A stretch of DNA of 63,161 bases, filler included, from Dimorphilus gyrociliatus (taxonomy: Eukaryota > Animalia > Annelida): NCBI GenBank assembly GCA_904063045.1. It is 4 parts of 3 records of this genome, joined end to end, with 100 filler letters (N's around TTAATTAATTAA, not from the genome) between each part and the next. Parts side by side here need not be neighbours in the genome. Positions count along the whole stretch, not along the records: positions 16,453 to 38,042 come from CAJFCJ010000128.1; positions 38,143 to 54,193 come from CAJFCJ010000233.1; 2 more parts are not named here. One strand, given 5' to 3'. The notes beneath the pieces were generated by a model that saw only the letters and a list, made by a program, of their open reading frames with translations, searched no databases and had not been told where the DNA came from. This document shows, one piece after another, positions 37,991-49,686 of the stretch; the first letter of the stretch is position 1; every line of letters begins with the position of its first letter. The translations under genes and the position numbers were made by a program.

Positions 37991-38042
37991 AAAAAAAAAT
38001 AAAGACAGTATTATTTTAATAAAACAAAATGTTCTTCTTTTA

Positions 38043-38142
38043 NNNNNNNNNNNNNNNNNNNNNNNNNNNNNNNNNNNNNNNNNNNNTTAATTAATTAANN
38101 NNNNNNNNNNNNNNNNNNNNNNNNNNNNNNNNNNNNNNNNNN
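38043..38142. other. Artificial scaffold linker; boundary between animal-like and microsporidian-like sequence
   Basis: Same 44N-TTAATTAATTAA-44N structure; gene content and gene style change abruptly across it. Confidence 0.97.
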
Positions 38143-38875
38143 GGCAGTTAAATATTTGATTCGGAGTCACAAATGTAACTATCTCAAAGCTCAAACACAG
38201 TTGAGATCGTGTTATTCTATATTCTTAGACCAAAATCCTACTTTCTTCGGTGGAATTAATAAAAACATACAAGCTGATGAGACTGTCTTATCCAGAAGAG
38301 GCGTTATCATGAACCCAATTTCCACATCCGATAACATTGCTGATACAGTCTGGATTTTGGGTGTAGTTGACCCTACTGATCGGGGAAAATTCTATCTAAA
38401 GAGAATTCCTAATGGGCGAGTAAATACACTTTCTAATTATTTAGAGGGTGTAATAAGAGTTGGAAGTGTATTGTGTACTGATGGATATCCATCTTATCCA
38501 TCTGTTTGTGTTAATTTAGCACTAACACATAGAGTTGTAAACCATATTGATGAGTTTGTAGCGATAGATGGTACTCATACTAATAACATCGAGTCCTTTT
38601 GGTCTCATTTAAAAGCTTCTATGAGGAAAGAAAACGGAGTTAAAAGAGAAAACATCAATGCACGCATTGATGAATACACCTTTAAAAGAAGATATGTTGT
38701 TGGTATGTCTAGAGAGGAATTTTATGAAATTTTTATTTTAATTCTCAGAATTTATTTCAGAAACTTAACATTTAATTAAAATTATAGTAAAATTCATTTA
38801 ATTATTAAAATTTTTTCTAAAAATTTTTATCCAAGGTAGTACCCTTATATGTAGACCTTATAATATACAAGCCCC
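38143..38875 (+). mobile_element. Merlin/IS1595 (ISXO2-like) element family A, 5'-truncated copy; transposase ORF 38156-38779
   Basis: IQADET..RR, LCTDGYPSY, VNH..FV..DGTHTNNIESFWS; right TIR ATGTAGACCTTATAATATACAAGCCCC; nearly identical to 47578-48684. Confidence 0.9.
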
Positions 38876-39118
38876 GTATTTTTGTTTAAATAAATCTTAG
38901 TTGAGTCTTTTTGAAGTACTTTACTCATGCTTTTTTAAGTAAAAAAATTTGTTTTTTAACACTAAAAGTAGGTCTTGTGAATATAGAAAAACTAATAAAG
39001 TTTTTACAAATTTGGTTCTATTTTCACTTTTTATAAAAATACGTCACGTAATTACTGTTATGTACCAATAGGTTGCTTGTACCAATAGGATGCAGACTAA
39101 ATCACTATAATTTTTTTT

Positions 39119-40238
39119 GGTGGGTGGGAAATTCATTACCCCATCGATCAAAAAATGATTTTTTTGTGATCTAGAGGAGATTTAGGAGAAGGGGGTTAAT
39201 TTTTTTTTAAATTTTTTTTCTAATTTTTTTAAAATAAAGGGTGTATTCATTTAATTTATATTTTTCCCTTAATGAACTATAGAGAATTAGTATTAGCAAC
39301 ATCCGATGAACACAGAACAATTGATTTTCTTGTGAATAAAAATTTAATAAAACGAACTAGGAGATGTCCAACTTGTATAAACAAGGAGATGATTATTATT
39401 AAACATTTAGACACATTCAGATATAAGTGTTATAATTGTAAAAATCATAACTCCATTTTTGAAAGTACAGTAATGAAAAGAACAAAGATTAAATTACACA
39501 TTTTTTTGGACTATGTTTATTTTTTTTGTAATATGTATATGAATAGGTTCGAAATAATAAAAGAGCTAAAAGATTTAACTGTGAAAACAATCACAAAGTG
39601 GAATAAGATTTTAAACTTTACTATATATACAATAATGAGTAATGAAATGAATGAAAAAATCGGAGGACCAGGACATATAGTCGAAATAGATGAAAGCTTA
39701 TTTTCTAAAAGAAAATATAACATTGGAAGAATATATAAAAAAAAGTGGATAATAGGTGGAATCGATATTTATACCAAAAAAACATTTTTCATAGAAGTAG
39801 ATAATAGAAGAAAAAATACTATAAATGAAATTGTTGAAAAAAACTCAATTATTTATACAGATGGCTGGCCTGGATATGAGAAATTATCATCTATGGGCTA
39901 TATTCATGATAAAGTGAACCACAATGAAAACTTTATAGATCCCCATACCGGTGCCAATACTCAAGCAATTGAAAATCAACGGTCTCTCCTAAAGCAATAT
40001 ATAAGAAGAAACTGCCTTTCATCGAGTCAATATATGGAGTATATATTTGCTAAGTATTTATTTTTAAGAAAGTATGGAAATGAAGCTTTTTTAGTATTAT
40101 TAAAGAGAATTTTTAATTATTTTTGTTTAACACAAAAAAAAATTTTTTAAATAACTTTTATGCCCTTCTCCTCCTATTTCTCGTATTTTCCAAAAAAATC
40201 ATTTTTTGATCGATGGGGGAATGAACTTCCCACCCACC
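39119..40238 (+). mobile_element. Merlin/ISXO2-like element family B with 47-bp TIRs; open 292-aa transposase ORF 39272-40150
   Basis: TIR GGTGGGTGGGAAATTCATTACCCCATCGATCAAAAAATGATTTTTTT, 2 mismatches to the right copy; CPTC..CYNC Zn ribbon, GGPGHIVEIDES, YTDGW, QAIE catalytic motifs. Confidence 0.9.
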
Positions 40239-40382
40239 GATTTTAGTATAATTTTTTTTTCAAAATCTCATTGTATCATTAGGATGCAGTAAAATTAATA
40301 GGAAATTTTTTATACTTATTTTAATATAAAAAAACATTTTTTAATATTTTTAATCAAAATTTAATTATTAAAAAGTCCCTTA

Positions 40383-41555
40383 ATGAGTAAACAGGTTGGA
40401 ATATCTAATATTGCAGAAAGAGATCTCATTATTTCATATCTTTGCTCCAAAACGATTCCCAAGTTTAATGATAGGTCCAAAAAAAATTCATTTCTCAGAA
40501 AAAGTACAAAACTTTGTCTATATTGATGTTACAATATTCTATCAAAAAAATAACGAAAAAAAAGAGATGATTTTTATAGAAAAAGGGCTGTTTTGCGCCT
40601 TTCCCATGGAACTATCCATTCTGGAATAGTTGCTATGAGAAATTATATTAGTAGACCATATTTAGGAATTAAAAGCAATGAAATTGCTCAGTTTGTGCGA
40701 AGCTGTGATAAATGTCAAAGAAGCACTAGAATTCAGCCAGGGAGCTATATAACTGCAATTCTACCAGAGTATTTTAGGCAGCGAATAATGATGGATCTTG
40801 TTGATCCATCACAATATAGAAGAAAACGATGGATATCGATATATATTTAATATAATTGAAACCTTCGATAAATTTTCATTTTCTTTTGCCACAAAGGACA
40901 AAATTCCGTAACCTTTTCGCGTATACTAACAAAGTTCTTATATTCAGAAGGTAAATTCGACATTATTCATACAGATAATGGTAGAGAGTTTACTAATTAG
41001 GAGGTAACTAAAATTTGTAATCTTTGGGGAATAGCAATGATTCATGGAAGACCAAGACACCCACAATCACAGGGGCAGATAGAGAGATTCAACAGAACAA
41101 TCAAGGAAAAAAACAAAACATCACTATCATTAGGAAGTAATAAATGCATTGATAAGCTGGATCGCCTCGTATATGAATATAATAATTCACAGCACAGTTC
41201 TACAAAGCACACACCATTCTATATTTATAGAGGTGCTTTCAATAGTCCTAATAACCTCAATCTACAGAAAATCGCCGAATTAAATGATATAAGGCATCAA
41301 ATTATAAACTATGCTAATCGATATGTCAATGAATATAACTTGAGAATTGCTAGGCGTGATTTTGATATTGGAAACAACGTAATACTTGCAATAGACTTCG
41401 ATATGAACATTCAAAGTAGAAGAAGACCTTTATTGACTTTATATTATGATAAAATTTATATTATTGAGAACATTAATAATAATATAATTACAGTAAAGAA
41501 TAATCTAAGTAGTTTAAACAAAATAGTACATAAAAGTCGTATAAAAAGATATTAA
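40383..41555 (+). pseudogene. Ginger-like HHCC-rve integrase pseudogene
   Basis: CCCTTA-ATG start; H..H..CDKC; IHTDNGREF; HGRPRHPQSQGQIERFNRTIK; internal stops and frameshifts. Confidence 0.85.
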
Positions 41556-42001
41556 CAATCTAATGACAATAGAATTTTAATTGAAAAAAGGTTTTTTATA
41601 TCAAAATAAGTATAAAAAATTTCCTAGTATATTACTGCATCCTATTGATATAATAAGATTTTGCAAAAAAATTATACTAAAATCTCCTATATATTAAAAA
41701 AAAGTTCATGGTAATTTGGTATGCATCCTATTGATACATAATATACATAAAAAGGGTTAAAATAATTAAAAAAAAAGTTCATGGTAATTTGGTCTGCATC
41801 CTATTGATACATAACATTTTTTTATTTAATTGGTAAAAAATTTACTCATTATTATCCAAAAAAGAAATCACTCCTTTTAAACTTTTTATGATTTGAACCA
41901 GTTAAAATTATTCAATCCAAAAAACAATGTTCTTATTAGTTTAGTTTCATAAATATTACGTGTATTTTAACTATTTAAACTAGTTGAAAAGAAGTACCCA
42001 G

Positions 42002-43942
42002 ATGAAAACTTCGAATCTTTTGATATCAGCCTATAAATTTTGGTTGCTTTTCTCAATATTAATCAAAAACTACATTAGATCGTCTTCCTCTTCTACATAT
42101 TCATTGTATTCTGATTTAGATGACGATATCGATTTTATCTACGATAGAGATAGGGAATCTAGGAATCAAAACATTAGTCCTTATAAAGGTATAGTTTTAG
42201 ACGAAAGACAACCTCATGAGCGAGAATTCAATGTTTGTGGTGATGGTGGTCCTAGATTTCGTAAGATGAACAATAGAACTATAATAAAACTTAAAAAAAG
42301 TAGAGGAGCAAGAAATCTATATAGAATTTTCAGGCTTAAAAGAATAGCTGAACTAAAAATATCATGTGAGTATTTTAAAGATGGTTCGTTACAAAGAATC
42401 ACAAGGATGTCAGCTCTTAAAAAACTAGTAATACATATGGGGTGTTATATGCCAAAAAAAGATATGAATTCTGTGTTTAAGTTGAAAACACTTGAAGAAC
42501 TTACAATCTATGATGGAAAGGAGTACTGCATTGATAACGTGAGAAAATTAACTAATTTAAGGGGGTTATATTTATACCACGTTAATATGGGCCATAAAAA
42601 AGGAATTATGGGGATATCATCACTTCTAAAATTACAAAGACTACACATGGTTAATTGTAGTATATATATAAAAGACTTGGTACCATTCAGAAATTTATCA
42701 AATTTGAAAGAACTTATAATCAACGAATTTGAGATTTTCGGAAAAATAACCTATAGTTTTCTATCGAGTATGAAAAATTTAAAAAAATTAGGGTTAAGCG
42801 AAGCAGAATTAAAGCCAGAAGACCTTAAAATCTTACTAGAATTAAAGGATTTGGAAGAGGTTGACTTATCAAATATAAGAAATATAAGTACAAACGATTT
42901 ACTGTACACTTTAGAAGCAAAGAATCTCAAACTGCTAAATTTAGGAGGGTGTTTTTTACCTAAAGGTATATTTAAATATGTTGAACCTTTGAAAGACCTG
43001 GAGAAACTTATTATAACTGGAAACAAGATGATAAGTATTGATGATATGAAGTCTATTGGAACATTAAGTAACCTTGTAGAGATTGACTTTTCGAACTGTG
43101 CTCTTGAAAAAAATATATTAAAAAATATAAAAAACCTTTACAATTTAAAAAACCTTAATTTAAGTATGAACGATAAATTAGAGACTTTGGATTATAAAAC
43201 AGTATTTGGTTTAAGAGGTCTTGAAAAACTAGACCTTTCATATAATAAGGTTAAAGGTGGGATATTAGAAGGAATAGATAATCTTATAAATCTTAAAGAA
43301 TTGGGGTTATCGAAGAACGAAGAGTTAAATAGAGTTGATTTTAATAGCATCTACAAACTTAAAAATCTGGAGGTTTTGAATTTGAAGTGTTCTAAAATCA
43401 ATCAGGAATTATACGATGGTATAGAAAATTTAACTAAACTAAAAAATCTCATACTAAATGGTAATAAAATTGAAAGTAGGTGTATTGAAAACATATCAAA
43501 ACTAAAAAGCTTACAAGTACTTGATTTATCTTTTGGTAAACGAAAAATAGGTATATTAGGCCCAATTAAAAGACTGCAATCCTTAAAGGTGCTTTCTATA
43601 AAAAAGACAGGTAAAATAAGAGTAAAAGATATTGAAGCGATAACTTCATTAAAAACCCTAGAAGTATTGGACATGACAGATATTGGACTACCGAAAATTT
43701 TCTCTCACACGATAAAGTTTGAAAACCTTTTAAGTCTGAAAATATTACTTCTGCAGGTGCCGATGATTTGGAAAATGGATGATGATGAGTATGAAGCGAT
43801 TTCAAATCTGAAAAACTTAGAGTTATTTGTGTTTCCTCGACGTAGTACTACCCAAGAAATATTTAATATGTTTACCAGAAAAAGCATAAATGCATATAGT
43901 AACCAAAGTGATTTAAGATCAGATTTGGAGGAGTCTGATTAA
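42002..43942 (+). CDS. Secreted-type leucine-rich repeat protein (microsporidian LRR family-like), about 646 aa
   Basis: CCCAG-ATG start; hydrophobic N-terminus LLISAYKFWLLFSILI; many LxxLxxLxLSxN repeats of about 24-25 aa; intronless. Confidence 0.85.
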   Translation: MKTSNLLISAYKFWLLFSILIKNYIRSSSSSTYSLYSDLDDDIDFIYDRDRESRNQNISPYKGIVLDERQPHEREFNVCGDGGPRFRKMNNRTIIKLKKSRGARNLYRIFRLKRIAELKISCEYFKDGSLQRITRMSALKKLVIHMGCYMPKKDMNSVFKLKTLEELTIYDGKEYCIDNVRKLTNLRGLYLYHVNMGHKKGIMGISSLLKLQRLHMVNCSIYIKDLVPFRNLSNLKELIINEFEIFGKITYSFLSSMKNLKKLGLSEAELKPEDLKILLELKDLEEVDLSNIRNISTNDLLYTLEAKNLKLLNLGGCFLPKGIFKYVEPLKDLEKLIITGNKMISIDDMKSIGTLSNLVEIDFSNCALEKNILKNIKNLYNLKNLNLSMNDKLETLDYKTVFGLRGLEKLDLSYNKVKGGILEGIDNLINLKELGLSKNEELNRVDFNSIYKLKNLEVLNLKCSKINQELYDGIENLTKLKNLILNGNKIESRCIENISKLKSLQVLDLSFGKRKIGILGPIKRLQSLKVLSIKKTGKIRVKDIEAITSLKTLEVLDMTDIGLPKIFSHTIKFENLLSLKILLLQVPMIWKMDDDEYEAISNLKNLELFVFPRRSTTQEIFNMFTRKSINAYSNQSDLRSDLEESD

Positions 43943-44991
43943 CTTGGTGTCTTTAAATTAATTAAATTTAACTTTTACTTAATTTTTAAACTATTAAAAT
44001 TTGTTTACAATATATCTCATGCTTTAACGACTTTATAATAAACCTTCAATTTATTTGTATAAGATACAATATGATGTAATTAATTTACTATAATAGAAAC
44101 TCTTTGTACTATATCTAGTATATAACATTATAATTATTCATTTTTATAATAGCTGTTTTTATGTTTTTTGTTTTTTCTTATGTAATTTCTTAAAAAGGAA
44201 TATATGATCTATCTAATGTAAATTATCAAAAAAAAAACAATCAAAGGACGCATAATACTATTTAAAAAGGGTCCTATGCCAATAAAAATCCTGTAGTACC
44301 AACTTTGTCTCTTTTTAATATAAATTTTCACGATAGCCACTAAGAAAAATACTCTGATAGGAATTCCGGCTCATGTAAGCTATCATTACTTAACAAGGTG
44401 ATTTAACAAAACATTAGAAACTATCATCACAAAAAACAATCTATAATAAGAATTCCAATGCTTTACAAAGATAAGATAATAAATAGAATATAAGAAACAA
44501 ATAAAATAGAATATAAGAAAATAGAATTATACAGGCGCTTATCTACAAAAACATTATTAATCAACAAAAGTATAGTTTAGGATTCAATCAAACTGTTTCT
44601 TATATTTAGCATGTTCAAAAGAAAACTAGGTTGAAGTTATATGGAGCGATATCTAGAATTAAGCTATTTAATTGATATGGTAGATGTTTTTTCTGGAAAG
44701 AAGCAACAATTTGACTAGAAAAGAAGTATTTTTGTTTTCTGTTAGGTGTTTAAACTGCACTTAATAGTTTAAGAATTCGCAAGTAATACTTAGGAACAAT
44801 AAAAAGAGTTCAATCTATGATGTTAAAGAAAAATACATTTACCAAAATCAACAGAAAACGAAACACTTCTAATGATAAAACTTAATCAATTCCCCAAGTT
44901 CTATTCCATGGAGAACATTTTTATTCTAAAAAAAATAAACTAAAAGATTTCATTAAAAAATTTAGATACCAAAAGATTATTTAATAAAATA

Positions 44992-46364
44992 CAGTAGGAA
45001 AAAAACAATTGAATGAAAATTCGTATTTTGCGATATAATTAAAGTAATGTTTATATTATGTTTTCATTTATATATGGATAAGCTATTCAAATATATTTTT
45101 CTACTTGTTTCTAATATTGTTTTTTAATCAAAACATCATAAAAACATCAATGAATTGCTCCTGATAGGGAAAAAAATGAAAAATTTTAAATTCATAAGAA
45201 ATATAGTGTCCTTTATTTGTAATACATCTATTATTCTTTTATTCATTGAAAGACATAGATTTTTGCACAAATCACTGCTTATATTATTCCAAAGCTCCAT
45301 AATTTTTGGCTTTAATTCATCGCCAGTAGAGAAGGATAAACCTCTGAATTTTTACTTGAGAAGAGACCAAAGGTTTTCAATAGGATTCAAATCAGGAGAC
45401 TGGGAGGGCCAATCTAACACATTAATATCATTTGTCCTAAAATACTCCTTTGTCAGTCGACTTGTGTGTTTTGGATCATTATCCTGTTGAAATTTTAACT
45501 TGTTTACACCTGATTTTTCTTTTATTGGAGGTAAATTAGTGGCTAGTATATGTACGTACTATACTGCATCCATTATTCCATCAACAAAATGTAATCTCCT
45601 TACACCTTTATAGATAAATTATCCCCAAACCATCAATTTCTTAAATCCAATTCTTTTAGTAACGTTTAAAGGTGTCTTATCGGCGCTTTCCTTCCATACT
45701 TTGAACCGACCAGTGTCATTATAGTAAAAAATGATGTTTCATCGCTAAAAACAACATCATTCCAGTAATTTTGACGAAGAAACAACCACTTTTTTTGTTA
45801 CCTCCAATCTTCTCTTTATATGAATGGGATTGAGAAAAGGTTTTTTTACTGGGATAACAGCTTTAACCCGATTTTTATTTAAAAAGTTTCTTATTGTTCT
45901 GGGATTCACAGCTAAACCTGTACTATTTTTTATATTTCTAGCTATTTTAGGACTATAAATCAAACTATCATTTTTGATCAAAGACTTAATCATTGATAAA
46001 CGCTTTGATTTAAGAACTTTGGGCCTGCCAGAACCAAGTTTTCTATCAGTATTATTGTGCTGTTGAAATTTAGTGACTATTCTACTGATAGTCGATACAC
46101 TAACACCTGTTTTTATCGAAATTTCTTTATAAGTAAAACCCTCATTTCTTAGTGTAAGAACCTGCCCCTTAACTACCGAAGAATAGTGATGTTTCATAAA
46201 AGTCAGATATACGAAATTTTTTTATATGATTATGGAGGGAAATTTGACTTTTTTTAAATTTTTCATTTTTTTTTCCCCATCAGGAGCAATTCGTTGATAT
46301 TTTTATGATGTTTTGATCAAAAAACAATATTAGAAACAAGGATAAAAATATATTTGAATAGTTT
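44992..46364 (-). mobile_element. Tc1-like (DD34E) transposon with long TIRs; transposase (46197 to about 45190) pseudogenised; one TIR cut by the gap
   Basis: TA|CAGT end at 44990-44995; about 45075-45185 is the inverted repeat of 46256-46364; GSGRPK, FSDET, QQDNDPKH, WPSQSPDLNPIENLW; frameshift near 45790 and internal stops. Confidence 0.9.
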
Positions 46365-47268
46365 NNNNNNNNNNNNNNNNNNNNNNNNNNNNNNNNNNNN
46401 NNNNNNNNNNNNNNNNNNNNNNNNNNNNNNNNNNNNNNNNNNNNNNNNNNNNNNNNNNNNNNNNNNNNNNNNNNNNNNNNNNNNNNNNNNNNNNNNNNNN
46501 NNNNNNNNNNNNNNNNNNNNNNNNNNNNNNNNNNNNNNNNNNNNNNNNNNNNNNNNNNNNNNNNNNNNNNNNNNNNNNNNNNNNNNNNNNNNNNNNNNNN
46601 NNNNNNNNNNNNNNNNNNNNNNNNNNNNNNNNNNNNNNNNNNNNNNNNNNNNNNNNNNNNNNNNNNNNNNNNNNNNNNNNNNNNNNNNNNNNNNNNNNNN
46701 NNNNNNNNNNNNNNNNNNNNNNNNNNNNNNNNNNNNNNNNNNNNNNNNNNNNNNNNNNNNNNNNNNNNNNNNNNNNNNNNNNNNNNNNNNNNNNNNNNNN
46801 NNNNNNNNNNNNNNNNNNNNNNNNNNNNNNNNNNNNNNNNNNNNNNNNNNNNNNNNNNNNNNNNNNNNNNNNNNNNNNNNNNNNNNNNNNNNNNNNNNNN
46901 NNNNNNNNNNNNNNNNNNNNNNNNNNNNNNNNNNNNNNNNNNNNNNNNNNNNNNNNNNNNNNNNNNNNNNNNNNNNNNNNNNNNNNNNNNNNNNNNNNNN
47001 NNNNNNNNNNNNNNNNNNNNNNNNNNNNNNNNNNNNNNNNNNNNNNNNNNNNNNNNNNNNNNNNNNNNNNNNNNNNNNNNNNNNNNNNNNNNNNNNNNNN
47101 NNNNNNNNNNNNNNNNNNNNNNNNNNNNNNNNNNNNNNNNNNNNNNNNNNNNNNNNNNNNNNNNNNNNNNNNNNNNNNNNNNNNNNNNNNNNNNNNNNNN
47201 NNNNNNNNNNNNNNNNNNNNNNNNNNNNNNNNNNNNNNNNNNNNNNNNNNNNNNNNNNNNNNNNNNNN
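46365..47268. other. Assembly gap (904 N)
   Basis: N run; truncates a Tc1 TIR on the left and a Merlin transposase on the right. Confidence 0.99.
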
Positions 47269-48890
47269 AAAAAAAACCACGATTCAATATTAAGTGAGTT
47301 CAATCCAATAGGAGGTACAGGTAGTGTTGTAGAGACCGACGAAAGTAAGTTTGGCAAGCGAAAATATAACAAAGGCCATAAAGTAGAAGGTGTATGAGTT
47401 CTTGGAATGATAGGTAGAGAAACAAAAAGAACAGTATCAGTTCCTCAAAAGTCTAAGAAACATGAGGAGTTAACGATAATAATAAAGAAATATGTTGCCA
47501 AAGGCACAACCATTATAACAGACTATTGGAAAGGTTATAATGGCTTAGATAATTATGGTTATGTACATAGAAAAGTAGGGGCTTGTATATTATAAGGTCT
47601 ACATATAAGGGTACTACCTTGGATAAAAATTTTTAGAAAAAATTTTAATAATTAAATGAATTTTACTATAATTTTAATTAAATGTTAAGTTTCTTAAATA
47701 AATTCTAAGAATAAAAATAAAAATTTCATAAAATTCCTCTCTAGACATACCAACAACATATCTTCTTTTAAAGGTGTATTCATCAATCCATGCATCGATG
47801 TTTTCTCTTTTAACTCCATTTTCTTTCCTCATAGAAACTTTTAAATGAGACCAAAAGGCCTCGATGTTATTAGTATGAGTACCATCTATCGCTACAAACT
47901 CATCAATATGGTTTACAACTCTATGTGTTAGTGCTAAATTAACACAAACAGATGGATAAGATGGATATCCATCAGTACACAATACACTTCCAACTCTTAT
48001 TACACCCTCTAAATAATTAGAAAGTGTATTTACTCGCCTATTAGGAATTCTCTTTAGAAAGAATTTTCTCCGATCAGTAGGGTCAACTACACCCAAAATC
48101 CAGACTGTATCAGCAATATTATCGGATGTGGAAGTTGGGTTCGTGATAACGCCTCTTCTGGATAAGACAGTCTCATCAGCTTGTATGATTTTATTAATTC
48201 CACCGAGAAAAATAGGATTTTGGTCTAAGAATATAGAATAACAAAATCTCAACTCTGTTTTGAGCTTTGAGATAGTTAGATTTGTGACTCCGAACCAAAT
48301 ATTTAACTGCCAATAACTGCAACCTGAGATTATATAGTATAACAAACTTACATACTTTACCATACACAGTTTTGTTTTAATTATCAAACTCTTTTTCTGG
48401 CATCCTCTTCCTATGCATCTAAATATCAGCCTCCTTTTGTTGAGTTGTTTATAAATTTTCAACTCTGTTGTGTTAGTACAAACAGGACATACGCCCTGAG
48501 AGTTGACGATGTTATTTTCAACTTAAAAGTCCATTAATGCCTCTAAGTTATCAAAAATATTAGATGATATCATTTTAGGAAGGGTTAAAATAATTTTATA
48601 AAAAATTTTTGCTTTTGTATATTATAAGGTCTACATCCAAAAAATTTTATATTAAAAATGTAGACCTTATAATATACAAGCCCCGAAAAGTAAACCATAC
48701 AAAGTATTGGAAAGATCCAGTTACAGGAGCTTATACCAATACCATAGAAGGTCTATGGAATCGAGTAAAACACTTTATTAGACCAAGATATCGAACCGAA
48801 AAACTAATTAATTACTATTTATATTTATATATGTTTAAAAAAAATTTTGAAGTAGATGTTGAGAACCTAATTAAATTTCTATTAATTTAA
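47269..48890 (+). mobile_element. Merlin/ISXO2-like transposase family C, interrupted by a nested family A element
   Basis: GGTGSVVETDESKFGKRKYNKG and ITDYWKGY before the insertion; the frame resumes RKVNH..DPVTGAYTNTIEGLW after it; one TGA in place of W. Confidence 0.85.
47578..48684 (-). mobile_element. Complete Merlin family A element (1107 bp, perfect 27-bp TIRs, 8-bp TSD GAAAAGTA); transposase 48573-47674 with one premature TAA at 48525-48523
   Basis: TIR GGGGCTTGTATATTATAAGGTCTACAT; TSD at 47570-47577 and 48685-48692; CCCTTCCTAAA-ATG; CPVC..CIGRGC Zn ribbon. Confidence 0.93.
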
Positions 48891-48997
48891 AACAATTATG
48901 ACATAAAATCTTTTTATCTATATTGTAAGCATATTTTTAGTAGAATCGGCGCCCCCCGAAAAAAGTCCTTAATTTTAAAAATTAAGGACTATTCCCA

Positions 48998-49670
48998 GGT
49001 GGGTATTAGAAACTACTTAGCCGAAGTTTCAAATGAAATTTAATTGATGTACAAAAAGCTATTCATAAATGAAGTAAGACTTTGTGTGATAAGATTAACT
49101 AAGTAATATTTGAAGATCCTAACTATATAATAGGATTAACAGAGGACATAGTCAAATTTATGAAACTTTATTCTCCAAAAGGAAGTATAACTTCGGTAGA
49201 TTGTTGAGGAAAAAGTTGGTCGTTGATGGCATAAATATACACACTAAAAATGTTCTTTGTTTGAAATATCACATAAAAAGAACCAATACCGCGCCGTATC
49301 ATAACAAAGTTCGTCCAGCCAAATACTTTTGTATACACTGATAGGTAGAATGGATAAGATGCTCTAAGTGCTCTATGCTGCCTTCATGATACTGTAAATA
49401 ATGACACAGATTTTATTGTCCCTATCACTGGTGCTAATATTCAAATGGTCTGTTTAAAAGATATGGATAAGAAAGAAGTCAATGTGTGCAAAGGACAATA
49501 TTGAATTAACTTTTGCGAGAAATTTATTTAAAAAAAAATTAAAGATAAGTCTTTTATTGTTTTATAAAAAATATGTTAAATTATTTTACTTTTAAAAGAT
49601 TTAATAACTTTTTTTCTTCTCCCTCTATTTCTTCAATCTTCGAAAAACATCATTTATTGATTGAGAAAAT
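48998..49670 (+). mobile_element. Highly decayed Merlin element related to family B
   Basis: FSKRKYNFGRLL..VVDGI and HDTVN..FIVPITGAN remnants; right end resembles 40163-40210. Confidence 0.55.
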
Positions 49671-49686
49671 GTGAAATAATTTTTCT

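Larger units (their letters stand above)
39056..41816 (+). mobile_element. Ginger-like integrase DNA transposon 1 (decayed), TGT..ACA termini, long TIRs, left TIR interrupted by a Merlin element
   Basis: Left TGTTATGTACCAATAGG (39056) and right CCTATTGATACATAACA (41816); 40239-40345 matches the reverse complement of about 41581-41685; repeated AATAGGATGCA motifs; no TSD seen. Confidence 0.75.

Noticed and set aside
38043-38142. Horizontal transfer or integration of microsporidian DNA into the animal chromosome
   Set aside because: The two sequence types meet only at an artificial linker, so adjacency carries no biological information
46280-47397. Four long ORFs of 316-351 aa
   Set aside because: They are translations of the 904-N gap
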